DNA of 59,484 nt, taken from Trichomonas gallinae. Lineage: Eukaryota. How positions within the stretch are numbered: position 1 is the stretch's first letter; each line of letters opens with the position of its first letter. Shown in pieces: positions 31,054 through 41,660 of this stretch. The position numbers and the translations under genes are program-made. The stretch is taken from contig MRSU01004812.1 of the NCBI GenBank assembly GCA_008369845.1, positions 1 through 59,484 of the forward strand, given 5' to 3'. Below the pieces are notes generated by a model. The model ran no database searches. It was not told where the DNA came from and saw only the letters and a list, made by a program, of their open reading frames with translations.

Positions 31054-32073
31054 CTATTCTTCTGATTTATTTTGTTCTTCATGGGCTTTTTCCATCTTCT
31101 TAACATTCCTCTTCCGCTTAGACATTTCTTCATAAGAATCAGCAAAAATACTTTTGCTTTTAAGATGTGAAATATCATCTACTTCGTCTTCTAATGCATC
31201 CCAAGTCTTTTCGATGACTGGTTCTTCATATCTAGGCTTAAATTCTCCATACGTTGTCGTTGCATTCTCATCTCTGTATGTTGTCATTGTCTCTGTACCT
31301 GTGACTAATCCAGCAGCACGCAATTCTTTTTTAGCATTCTTATAAGCATTATAATCATCACGATTTGCAATTGTATCGATAACTGTTGAAGTAACATCTT
31401 GAAGATCTTGTGCTTTGAATTTTGAGTTTTCTAGTCTATCTTGAGGAACAGAAGGTATAGGTTTTTGTTTCTTGGATTTTATTATTTGTCTTGGATCATA
31501 ACCAGTTACTGTTTCTGTCTTCTCAGGAATGAGCTGTGTAAATGTGTTCATAGTTTCGACTTGTTTATCAACTGCATATTCGGCTCCTGCATTTGTCGTC
31601 AATATTCCAGTGAACTGTGTAAAATTCTGTGAATCTACGAAGTGTACATCTGTTGGTAATTCTGTGTTAGTCGTCGTTTTTGAATATTTCGCTCCTTTTT
31701 GTGTATCAGTAATAGTTGTTTGGAAATCCGGATCATAAAGATCTAAGAGTTGTGAAACAACATCCTTTGACTCATCAAGTTTCAGTCTACGAAATACCCA
31801 GCTGTGATCATGACGATTACGCAAATATCCTTGTGATTCTTTTTCGCAAATGTTTGAAGAGTTTGCCATATGATTAATAGCTAGATAATCAGCAACTAAT
31901 TCGGCTGCAATGCGAAATGCATGTGTATCTAATGGTTTGCGGAAATTTTGATCTGTATAATCAGCATTATCAGCGATTTGTTTAGAAATAGTATTGAGAT
32001 ATATAGCGTGTATGATGTTGATGTTCTCTTTGTCCTTGTCACCGCTAAAATTAATAGGGAGAGCTCTACTCAT
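31054..32073 (-). CDS. Hypothetical protein with LisH-like N-terminal motif and Thr-rich region
   Basis: AELVADYLAINHMANS is LisH-like; first ATG at 32073. Confidence 0.7.
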   Translation of the reverse strand: MSRALPINFSGDKDKENINIIHAIYLNTISKQIADNADYTDQNFRKPLDTHAFRIAAELVADYLAINHMANSSNICEKESQGYLRNRHDHSWVFRRLKLDESKDVVSQLLDLYDPDFQTTITDTQKGAKYSKTTTNTELPTDVHFVDSQNFTQFTGILTTNAGAEYAVDKQVETMNTFTQLIPEKTETVTGYDPRQIIKSKKQKPIPSVPQDRLENSKFKAQDLQDVTSTVIDTIANRDDYNAYKNAKKELRAAGLVTGTETMTTYRDENATTTYGEFKPRYEEPVIEKTWDALEDEVDDISHLKSKSIFADSYEEMSKRKRNVKKMEKAHEEQNKSEE

Positions 32074-32999
32074 TTTTTTACAACAAAAAGTATAACCGAT
32101 CACTAATGTAAGAATGTAAAAATTGATTTTTTGTTGATATTAATGATAACCGTAGTATATGCCAGCTTTTTTCGTTGTAATCTTCGATTTCGAAAAATTG
32201 AAAAGGAAAAACCGTTTTACGATATTTTTCTTTTATACAGCAAATATTATAATATTAATAATTATTAAATATTTTAAATTTTCTCAAAATATTGTATGAG
32301 TTAATACAAAAATATGTCAAAGATAATTAATATATATTTTTAAAATATTGTTGCCTTAAAATGGATGTATTGTGTATAGTGCACGGGAAACTTTTCATAT
32401 ATGTCCTCATCCTTGATCTGCGTTAATGTCAAAGATAATCCTCAAACACAGGTGAATTTTGCCTCATTGTCATTTGGTGGGGAAAATTTTTTTTTGTCAA
32501 TCTGCATCTGACGCTATAGTGCCTGCAAAAACTCAAATCCACATATTTACATAAGTTTATACACACATGAAAAAAGTTCGAAATGTTTTATGCTTGAATA
32601 TCAATTTCCGCCTATAATAGACAATATTTCAGAACCCAAGCCTAATATTAGAAGAGATTTAACGATTGACACTATTAAAGTGCATTTGTAGAAAATGGTG
32701 ATTCACCCTCTGTAATAATCTTTACTACAAACTGTGGCAAAACTGAGTAATGCATTAAAAAAAGTAAATTTTTCTATATACTCAATGATTAATTTGAATT
32801 CCAAGTATTCATAATGTGTAAACGAATATATACCCTAGTTAATTTCATTATGTTGATTTTGATGAATTCACAATTATAAATGCTCTCAATAATTTTGATC
32901 ATTCGCTATTTGTTATATATAAACAAAATCAATATGAAAGAACGTTTATATTGATTATAATTATGAGTTTTGTAATATATTTTTGTCAGAATTCCATAT

Positions 33000-33420
33000 A
33001 TTTCATGATTCTCCAAAATAAAATTGTCTGACAATAGTATTTGGATGATTTCTAACCTTCCACTGACAATTTTTCGTTTCACTTTTGCACATACAAATAT
33101 CGAAACATGTTATTATCATGATTTAGATTATTCTGAGTTCGATCATTTTAAATAACTGATGGGAAGTAAGTATATAGTTGTTTTCTATTATGTTCTTATT
33201 TTTGTATGATTTGTTCATCAATCGGCCCACAATTTTGAACATCACAATTATAGATTTATGTTTGTTTGATGTATGGATTATATATTCATAATGTGTGCAG
33301 TATTTTTAGATCATTTCATCACTCTCAGCGCCAGTTTCCAATAACAATGACGATAGTTCTTATTTGGTCACCAAATTCTATATCCATGCAAAACTATCAG
33401 GAGTCATTTTTATCCCTAGC
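33000..33420 (-). pseudogene. Decayed ankyrin-repeat relic (boundaries approximate)
   Basis: Minus-strand fragments KMTPDSFA...ELSSLLLETGA and GRLEIIQILLS, interrupted by stops. Confidence 0.35.
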
Positions 33421-33917
33421 TAGGCAGATTATTCAAAAAATCTCAACATTATATTAATTGAATATAGTTTGTGAAAATTTTGATAATATTCAAACCAATA
33501 ACCTTGAATATAGAAAGTATATATATTCAAAAGTAGAAATCAAACAATAAAGTTTTGATAAAGGAGGTTTTGTTATCAAAACTTTTATTGAGCCATTCAC
33601 TGTATATGATGATAAATGGTTTTTTGAGGATTTTCTTTTTTGTGTATTGAAAAGTCCCCAATATAAAACATTCAAAAACAATTTATATTTAAATAAAAAC
33701 TTTTGATATATACTGAATGAAATTTAATAAAAATTTATCATTTTTACTTTTCAACTACATAATATCAATGATCATATATGCATATGCATGAAAAAACGCA
33801 ATTTTTTGTTGTAACAACAAAAAAGAAAAATTTTTACTTTTACTGTATATTTTTTTGATAATCATAGGCAATTTAGCTCCCAAAAAGCAAGCAAATATGA
33901 ATTTCGCAGTTTTGATA

Positions 33918-33936
33918 TACCGTTATTTTTTCACTT
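33918..33936 (+). promoter_or_regulatory. M3-like (Myb-type) element TACCGTTA plus Inr TCACTT of the Myb gene
   Basis: Fits the T. vaginalis core-promoter M3 consensus (DRCSGYTD) and the Inr; ATG at 33963. Confidence 0.55.
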
Positions 33937-33962
33937 CGACAAATTTACAAATAATCTTTTAA

Positions 33963-34844
33963 ATGAATGATAATGAAACTTTCAAGCCTTTGCTCGCAGT
34001 GGGCATGCAATACATTAGAGAGGTTGCGCCACGTGCAAGTCCAGAGGATTTAAACAGAATTAAAGTAGTTTTCGACAACTTCATCGAAGGGAAAATATCT
34101 CATGATGAAGCTGTTAACTCTTTTAAAGAAATTATCGGAACAATCCATCCATTAGAAAAAATCAACGCTGTTTTGCAAGTAGATGATACGCCAATTCCAC
34201 CACCTTCCGAAACTTCTAATCAATTTTCTTCATTATATAATTACCAAAATCAGTCACGAAAGAAAACGCATCCTTGGACAGAGTTGGAGGACCAGAGGCT
34301 CCTTTCAGGCATACACAAATTTGGTTTAGATAACTGGGCAGCTGTTTGTGCCCATGTAGGAAATGCTAGAACAAGAGCCCAGTGTTCCCAGCGATGGTTT
34401 AGAGGCTTAGATCCGCGTATATCTAAGGTCCTCTGGACCCCGGAAGAGGATGCGAAGTTAATCGAGTTAGTTGAAAAACATGGCGATCGCTGTTGGACAA
34501 AAATAGCCGCTGAATTAGGAAATAGAAGTGATGCACAATGCAGATATCATTATAGACAGTTAACCAAAGAAAAAGATGACGATAATTCTGTTGGTTTTAT
34601 GCCAAATCAAGGTAAACTCAATCCAGTATATTCTGCACCAAATAGTCAATTTAAGCAACAATTGCAGCCGCTTGTTCCGTCGCAATCTTTGCTTACAATA
34701 TCGAATTTCCCAAGAAAGATTCCTCCGATTGATAGTTTCGTAGAAGATATTCAAAAGCTTCCGCGACATCTTCGCTTCGAATTCCCGGTTACGCCAATTC
34801 TTACCCCAGCAGCTGAAATACCGCCTGAAGAATCGGGTATATAA
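33963..34844 (+). CDS. R2R3 Myb-like DNA-binding protein
   Basis: WTELEDQRL...NWAAVC...RTRAQCSQRW...LDPRI...WTPEEDAKL...WTKIA...RSDAQCRYHY. Confidence 0.95.
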   Translation: MNDNETFKPLLAVGMQYIREVAPRASPEDLNRIKVVFDNFIEGKISHDEAVNSFKEIIGTIHPLEKINAVLQVDDTPIPPPSETSNQFSSLYNYQNQSRKKTHPWTELEDQRLLSGIHKFGLDNWAAVCAHVGNARTRAQCSQRWFRGLDPRISKVLWTPEEDAKLIELVEKHGDRCWTKIAAELGNRSDAQCRYHYRQLTKEKDDDNSVGFMPNQGKLNPVYSAPNSQFKQQLQPLVPSQSLLTISNFPRKIPPIDSFVEDIQKLPRHLRFEFPVTPILTPAAEIPPEESGI

Positions 34845-35419
34845 ATTATTTTTCTCCTATGTTCCTAATATCTTCATCACTCTGTTTTATTACCGATAGA
34901 GATTATGATGGTATTAACCAAAGCTTGTAAACTACTACTTTTAAAATTTCAAATTTATCGTATTTCTTAAATTCATCAAACTCTGCTTCCATAGGTCATG
35001 GCATCCACTATATTTCAAATAAACTGGTGTTCGAAACATAACTTTCCGAAAAAGAAGTGGAAAACTCGTAATTTTATCATTTTGGAGCTATTTTCATCAG
35101 GCATTCTTAGTAGCAATTCTCATTGTAACAACGAAAGCAAATTTTCGACATTTTTTTGAATAGAAAAAGTGCGATTATTTTAATAAGGCTATTATCAGAC
35201 ATACGATTATTACTGCTTCAAATTTCAAAGTAATTTGAAATGAAATTAATCATATAATATAATAACGATAATATTTACGCATTTTTCCAGTACGCTCATA
35301 CACCCGTGAATTTATTAATTTGACAACAAAAAATATCCATAATTTACAAATCAAAATGTCATAAATATATTTACATGTCAATATGTCAAAACTATAAGGT
35401 TATTATTTTAAACGTGACA

Positions 35420-36628
35420 ATGATTAAAGACTTCAAAACTATTTGGAACCAATTTTATAAATCTGTTAGTGAAACTACACCGGTTCCAGATGGATTTTGG
35501 CGTCTTGATGGTGAAGATACCCTCTGTTTCTTGTGTATGATTCTGGTCACTGTTTTCGTATGGATTGCTGCGGAATTGCAGGCTGGACCCTGTGCTATAC
35601 TGAAATATTGGGATGGACCAAACTATATTTACGTTGGTATCACTTTATACAATGCAGGATCAAAACAAGATCCATGGGAAAGAACATTTTCGTATCCTAC
35701 TTATTACATCGCTTGCCATTTACCTGGTTACCCTCTAATAATCAGATTTATATCGTTTTTCACTTTCGGAAATTGGATTCTTGCAGCTTATTTTTCGATT
35801 ATTTTCTCTTCTCTCCTTCTTGTTTACGCTTTTCGCCGATTATTGATAATATACGACTGCGTTAAAGATCCTACTACAACAACACAAATGTTAACTGTTG
35901 TTCCAACAAGATTTATGATTTATCACAGCGTTGTCGCAAGTGAACCGACTTTTCTTGCATTTGTCTGCTTTGCGCTCATATTCTTCAAAACACAAAACAT
36001 ACCGTTAATGCTTGCGTCGGTCTGGTATTGCTGCATTACAAGAATTGAAGGAATTGCTATTGGCGCTACAATTGGTGCATGCTACTTATTACGATTAGAT
36101 ATAGCGCATGCATTAATGATGTTTTCGACATTTCTCGCTGATTTTGGTATATTAATGATGCATAGAAAATTATTTAATGAATGGTTTGCTTATTTCAAGT
36201 TTAACTTTTCACACCAAGGACTCATTCATTGGCCACCACTCTACAAATTGATTGGCTATGCTGGATCAACAGATATGGTCGAATTGAACACTTTCCTTTT
36301 ATATTTCATGATTCTAACGCCAGGTGTTGTTCTTTTATATACATCGTGCGGACCTGTTGCTATATTTGCGACAATTTTCAATTTATACGTAACAGTTTTG
36401 TATCACATTGATATTTACAGATATGGAATTCCTGGTTCGCTGTTTGCATTCTTAATAGGATATGATAGACTGTGGTCTTCACCGCAGCTCCAAACAACTT
36501 TGTTTATCGTTGGACTTCCATTATTATTGTTATTATTGTTCTACTCAACGGGACAAATTATCACCAACTCATGTGGTGATGATTTCCTTAATTATATTCT
36601 TTCTTTTGCTACGCCAGAACTTATATAA
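35420..36628 (+). CDS. Polytopic GT-C fold glycosyltransferase, PIG-V/mannosyltransferase-like
   Basis: WDGPNY loop, HLPGYPLIIR, SEPTFL and TRIEG motifs; about 10 hydrophobic segments. The ATG at 35375 lies inside a promoter-type motif, so 35420 is preferred. Confidence 0.75.
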   Translation: MIKDFKTIWNQFYKSVSETTPVPDGFWRLDGEDTLCFLCMILVTVFVWIAAELQAGPCAILKYWDGPNYIYVGITLYNAGSKQDPWERTFSYPTYYIACHLPGYPLIIRFISFFTFGNWILAAYFSIIFSSLLLVYAFRRLLIIYDCVKDPTTTTQMLTVVPTRFMIYHSVVASEPTFLAFVCFALIFFKTQNIPLMLASVWYCCITRIEGIAIGATIGACYLLRLDIAHALMMFSTFLADFGILMMHRKLFNEWFAYFKFNFSHQGLIHWPPLYKLIGYAGSTDMVELNTFLLYFMILTPGVVLLYTSCGPVAIFATIFNLYVTVLYHIDIYRYGIPGSLFAFLIGYDRLWSSPQLQTTLFIVGLPLLLLLLFYSTGQIITNSCGDDFLNYILSFATPELI

Positions 36629-36664
36629 AAATTTCATAAAGTTTTGTTTGTTAAAAATATTGCC

Positions 36665-36737
36665 CTGTACCGAAATTCGGAACGAAAAGTGACGAATTTA
36701 CATGTCAAATTTGGCATGTAAAGTGATAAAAGTGACA
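36665..36737 (+). repeat. 73-nt dispersed module, copy 2 (TTTACATGTCA-N4-TGGCATGTAAA)
   Basis: Colinear with 17715-17788: CTGTAC 32 nt before the palindrome, then AAAGTG...AAAAGTGACA. Confidence 0.7.
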
Positions 36738-36947
36738 ATCCAAAACGGGGATGGTGTCTCAATTTTAAAAAGTGACATGAGTTGTTTGGTTGTTAGGTCA
36801 ACAAAACTTATAAATATTATGAAATATAGTTAATATTCATATATTTATGATATAGCCAAGTGTCATGAACCGAAACTAGGGAAGTGAGGTGAAGTGATTA
36901 AGGTTACTTTACATGACAAAATATTGGGTTGTTTTTTATATAACGTA

Positions 36948-37117
36948 CAACGAGGAAATCTGGGTGGTGGAGCTATTGTGTTCTCACTATGGTTCCACCA
37001 CCCAGATTTCCTGGCTGAAATTCTCTCAAAGTTCTGGTGAATCTTTCTTGATATATGCTGTAAGCTCAACGAGGAAATCTGGGTGGTGGAGCTATTGCGT
37101 TCTTACTGTAGTTCCTC
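36948..37117 (+). ncRNA. Candidate structured RNA or fold-back element: perfect 19-bp hairpin plus a tandem partial copy
   Basis: AGGAAATCTGGGTGGTGGA (36953-36971) pairs with TCCACCACCCAGATTTCCT (36994-37012); second copy at 37067-37115. The repeat is certain; the RNA interpretation is inferred. Confidence 0.45.
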
Positions 37118-37165
37118 AATTTTAAATTAGGGAATATATTCATATTTACTTAAACATAGTTAATA

Positions 37166-37897
37166 TTATTTGCTCCTTCTCTGTGCTGTGTAGATTGATA
37201 AGTTTTCAATAGGTATTTCATCCAATTCTTCATTTTGCAATCTATTAATATCCAAGTCTGAAGATTCGTCTGCATATTTGTTTGGATCAAATTCGAGTTC
37301 AAATATTGGTCTACGTACACTATCTTTATCGTCATACTTTGAAACAACGGCGGTGATACTCCTTAGAGCGTTATAAGGTATTCTGATTAATGGAAGTATA
37401 ACTGCTGAAAAGTGGTATAATTTGTGTGATATTTTTTCTGCATATATTTGAGCATTTCGTTCGTTACGTCGTTTCTTATCACTGTTGAAATAATCAAAAA
37501 AGCTGTACTTAGTGTATTGCTGATGAAAATGAACTAATTGTTCAATTGAATCGATTTGTTCAGCAACAAAATCAAATACTTTGTCATACGTAGTGACTAT
37601 TTCATCGAGTTTGGACTGGTTGAGAACAGAATTAAGTTCTTCTGCTGCTTGAGGATATTTCTTTAGCCAAATGTCATAATTAACTGGTGCTGCGGGCATG
37701 TAAAATACAATTTGCCGAGCAATGTAATCGAAAGTATATTCGCTCCAACTTTTGGCAATCTCAAATTTATCAACATGTTTTGCAATTTGCTGAAGTCTAG
37801 CCATAAGATCTGCGGCTTCTCGTTTATCCATTTTCATTCGATCGGCTATATACGTTACCCTAGGATCCTGGCTGTTGAAGGGTAATCCATACAACAT
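37166..37897 (-). CDS. Hypothetical protein
   Basis: 243-aa ATG-initiated ORF with coding-like composition. Confidence 0.75.
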   Translation of the reverse strand: MLYGLPFNSQDPRVTYIADRMKMDKREAADLMARLQQIAKHVDKFEIAKSWSEYTFDYIARQIVFYMPAAPVNYDIWLKKYPQAAEELNSVLNQSKLDEIVTTYDKVFDFVAEQIDSIEQLVHFHQQYTKYSFFDYFNSDKKRRNERNAQIYAEKISHKLYHFSAVILPLIRIPYNALRSITAVVSKYDDKDSVRRPIFELEFDPNKYADESSDLDINRLQNEELDEIPIENLSIYTAQRRSK

Positions 37898-38154
37898 TTG
37901 AAAAATTTAAAAATTTTTCCTCACGTTTTACGGGTGCGTAAGCGTCCTAAAAATGTGAGAAAACTATTATTATATTGATTATGATTATTTTCACTATAAA
38001 TCGTATTGACATTTGAATTGAAAATAATCGTAGGCAATATAATTCTATTTTGAGGGAAAATTTGCCGATATATTTAACACAAGTCTGATATACCAAATAG
38101 TAAGAATTATGAGAAAGGTAAATACTGACAGTATTGAGAGAAAGTTAAGAGCCC

Positions 38155-38175
38155 TTTTTTTTTTTTTTTTTTTTT
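38155..38175. repeat. T21 homopolymer (A21 on minus strand)
   Basis: Seen directly. Confidence 0.9.
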
Positions 38176-38434
38176 ATGTAATCTGCAAAGTATGGGATCA
38201 AAAAAATTATTTTCTTCCTTAAGTTTACCAAAATTGAGATTTGGCTTCAAAGCTTGCATCCTTAAAGCCTAAATGTCAGTCCCCAACAAGAATGTATTGC
38301 TTTACCATTCCAATGTTAGGAGTGATAGCACGCCCGTAAGTGATCTCATAAAAAAAATTTAGTTTAGTAATATAATTGATAAAAAGTAAACAATTATATG
38401 TTTAGTGTTTGTTATAACAAATATGAGTTGATTT

Positions 38435-39583
38435 TTATTTTTTACGCGGTGACAAAACAGTATTTCTCATGTTGTTGAGTGCTGTCTTAACAAGAACAGA
38501 GGTTGGTGTATGAAGCTTTGGATTTGTATTCGTCATCAAGAAATTAATAATATTTTCAGCAGAAACCTTTCCACCGCTTGTGCTGCATTGGTTAACAACC
38601 TTGAGTGATGTTTCACCTGTAATATTGAAGATCTTCAAAACTGTTTCAGCCTGCATCTTTGTAAGGAGTTTTCTTGGTCCAACAGTGCCGCGGATGAGTC
38701 TCTCGTTACGTTCGTTTGCGAGGTTTGTGGATAATGAAGAAAGCTGTGTTTGTTGTGGATTAAAAGATTCTTGTGGAGGATTATTTTGTACAGGAGCTTG
38801 TTTTTGCTTCTTTGTAGCCGAGAAGCATCTTGGAATGTTGGATTTCTTCTCTTTGGCCTTTTCTGAGATCATTGTTGTATTATTCCTTGGTTTGCGATTT
38901 GGTGGATAAACAAGGCAAACGTAGAGATCGTTTTGTGGGTCGAAAATAATATCTTCATCATCTGGTGTGATTTCTGGAACTGGTTGGATTCGTGGAGATT
39001 TTACTGGCGAACTTTCGATAAATGAAGCAGCTTTTTCGTCTATCTTTTCTGTCTCTTCAGCCTTTGGTATCTCAACAACTAATTGCTCGCGCTCGTTGTT
39101 AATATTTGTTTTTTCTTCTTCATGAGCAACATTATCAACAGTATCGTCGCCGAGATCCTTTGGTAATTCAACGATAAGCTCATCGTTAATGTTTGAAGCA
39201 TGGATTGGATTATCATCTCCTTCATCAATTTTAGATATTTCCTCTGCGATAAACCTATCGACTTCATCAAGAACTGCTTTTGTGTCTTCGCTCTTTTCTG
39301 GTGTTTTTGGTTTAACATCTTCTGTAGAATCGTCTTCGATATATTTTTTGATTTCTTCTAAATCGATTGCTTCTAATTTTTCTGTTGACTTATTATTATC
39401 TTGTTCTTCTGGAGCTTGGGCTTCATCTTCATCATCTTCTGCTAATTCTCTTGTTTGTTTGATAAGATCATCAATGTTAAGCTCATCATCATCCTCATCC
39501 GTATCATCAGGAAGGCCAAGATCATCCTCTGGATCTTCTATTTGGATATCATCATTTGTATTTGGATCAATAAATTCAGTCAT
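38435..39583 (-). CDS. Acidic low-complexity hypothetical protein
   Basis: 382-aa ORF; D/E-rich N-half, basic C-half. Confidence 0.8.
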   Translation of the reverse strand: MTEFIDPNTNDDIQIEDPEDDLGLPDDTDEDDDELNIDDLIKQTRELAEDDEDEAQAPEEQDNNKSTEKLEAIDLEEIKKYIEDDSTEDVKPKTPEKSEDTKAVLDEVDRFIAEEISKIDEGDDNPIHASNINDELIVELPKDLGDDTVDNVAHEEEKTNINNEREQLVVEIPKAEETEKIDEKAASFIESSPVKSPRIQPVPEITPDDEDIIFDPQNDLYVCLVYPPNRKPRNNTTMISEKAKEKKSNIPRCFSATKKQKQAPVQNNPPQESFNPQQTQLSSLSTNLANERNERLIRGTVGPRKLLTKMQAETVLKIFNITGETSLKVVNQCSTSGGKVSAENIINFLMTNTNPKLHTPTSVLVKTALNNMRNTVLSPRKK

Positions 39584-40174
39584 AATAAAAAAATAAAATT
39601 GTAAACGTACTTTACAAATATTTTATTCGATTCCTGCGTTTTTATGCTCCAAATTGCTTAATTCACCATTTTTCTTCGTTTACGCAAAATGTAAAATTTA
39701 TTTAATAACAAAAATAAATCAAAATTATAATAAAATTAATTCATTTTTTGCGATTTTAAAAGCTATTGTAAAAATCTACATACGTAAATAAATTATATTT
39801 TAGATAATATAGCTAAATATTCGTTGAAATCATAAATGTCTTCAATATTTCAAAAATTATTCTACATTTTAAATTTTTTATTTCGAGTTTATATTTAATC
39901 CCACTTCCATATTTTGATCAATCATTGCTTTTGTCAAAAATATGGATATTTCGTCAATATATTTTTCAATTTTTTCTTTTATGAAGTGCAAAGCATTTTC
40001 TTGTATGTATAATTATAAAACATCCTTTAATGTTATATAAATATTAAAATATTCAAAATTGAATCTTTGTTATTTCTTTTTGGAAGGTTCTAACTATGTA
40101 AAATCCAAATAATTGGGATAATATAATAGATTATTTTAATAAAAAGCATCAAGTAATGAATAACAAAAAATTGA

Positions 40175-41434
40175 TTATGATTTTCCGAAAGATTTCCTCT
40201 TAATCTTAAGAAGATTTTGATAGTTCTGCTCATATTTGACCTTATTGCTATCGTATCTTGTCTTTGTATCATCTCTCTGTTTCTTCTTGTTCTTGTAGAT
40301 CTGAATTAATCTGTCTGGAGCAATTAAGAAGTATTTGATTTCAGACTTATCTTGGCAGAGGCTCTTAGCTTCGTTTCTCACTGCGATATATTTTCTGATA
40401 CCAGCAGGAGGAACTGGAATGATGCTTGGCTTTTCAACAATGGTAACTGGTTCATGACGGTTTGCCAAAGCGTCCTTATTTGCCACAAGATTATCGTTGA
40501 TTTTGATTAAACCATCAACATTGCTCTGTACTCTCTTCTTGATATCCAATAAGGCTGTATGGTCGATATTTTCTAGTTTAGCTAGCCATTCTTTGTAGCG
40601 TTTTCGAATTTCTTGATCAAATTTCTCAGCGTAGTTTTGTTTCTGTTCCTTGAGGTTTGCGACTTCCTTCTTGATTTTGTCGGCTTCTGCTTGCTGTAAG
40701 TTGCGTTCGTTTAAGAAATTCTTTCTTTGCTCGATTTCTTTTTTATTTGCTTCGATTTGCTCTTTGAGTTTCTTGATTCTTTCGTTCTGCTTTCGAATGT
40801 ATTCGTCATACTCTTTTTCGAGCTCATCTTCATTCTGAAAATGATCATCAACTTGCTGTTGACTATTTTTGTAATTCTTTTGGGCATCTTGGAGGAATTT
40901 AAGGAAGAATTTCGCACTTGCGCCAACTTCTGGGAACTCTAATTGTGCGAACTTCTTCTTCGCTTCGAGTATTGCTTTCTTTGTTGCTCTCAGCTTGCTC
41001 TTCTGATCGGCTAAGCTTTGAATTCGTTCCTGATTTTGCTGTTCTAAGGCTTCGGAGTTTGCTTTAATTTTCCCTGCAAGTTCTTTTCGTTTCTTTTTCA
41101 ATTCATTAATATAGTCAATATACTCATTAGTTGCATCATATTGTTTTGCCAGTTTATCTTTTTTATCTCCTAAAACTGAATTATATTTACCTAAAAGTGC
41201 GGTAGTCAACTCATCTAATGACCCATTTGCTTTAATGCCGGCACTTTCTAGTTCTGCAAGTAAGAATTTCCTATATTTCTCAAGATATTTCATTAGTCGA
41301 TTAACTTTATCGACTTCATCTTGATTAACTTGTCGTCCTCCCTTACCATTGATAATTTGCTCTTCGAGGGTGTCGAGTTCATCTTGTTTACGCTGGATAG
41401 TCTTCTCCAACGTAATAAGCTGAGCTTTTGTCAT
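40175..41434 (-). CDS. Long coiled-coil hypothetical protein
   Basis: 419-aa K/E/Q-rich ORF with heptad pattern. Confidence 0.85.
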   Translation of the reverse strand: MTKAQLITLEKTIQRKQDELDTLEEQIINGKGGRQVNQDEVDKVNRLMKYLEKYRKFLLAELESAGIKANGSLDELTTALLGKYNSVLGDKKDKLAKQYDATNEYIDYINELKKKRKELAGKIKANSEALEQQNQERIQSLADQKSKLRATKKAILEAKKKFAQLEFPEVGASAKFFLKFLQDAQKNYKNSQQQVDDHFQNEDELEKEYDEYIRKQNERIKKLKEQIEANKKEIEQRKNFLNERNLQQAEADKIKKEVANLKEQKQNYAEKFDQEIRKRYKEWLAKLENIDHTALLDIKKRVQSNVDGLIKINDNLVANKDALANRHEPVTIVEKPSIIPVPPAGIRKYIAVRNEAKSLCQDKSEIKYFLIAPDRLIQIYKNKKKQRDDTKTRYDSNKVKYEQNYQNLLKIKRKSFGKS

Positions 41435-41660
41435 TGAAATGTCAAAAATTTATTTTTTTATTCGACTCAAAAAGTACGAAAATCTTGTAAATTTGGAATG
41501 AAGATTATCTTTAGATGCATTTAATCAATAATTTGCATAAAATTTTATTTGACATGTAAAATTTTATAATTACTCCGGAATTTTAATTTCTGTCCTCTCA
41601 TTGATTATACGTGTTTAACAGTCTAACAAATACATTTTTCTCGTAAAAATATCGATTTTA

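Noticed and set aside
34860..35150. Minus-strand ATG (MSKICF...) with coding-like fragments
   Set aside because: Multiple stops and no recognisable family; at most an unassignable relic.
36863..37125. Short ORFs 36863-37069 (-) and 36913-37125 (+) as genes
   Set aside because: They are by-products of the inverted and direct repeat (shared RKSGWW); the + ATG lies inside the promoter-type motif.
38176..38350. Spliceosomal snRNA (ACTTAC and Sm-like site on the minus strand)
   Set aside because: No ACTTACCTG, GTAGTA or U5 loop GCCTTTTAC motif.
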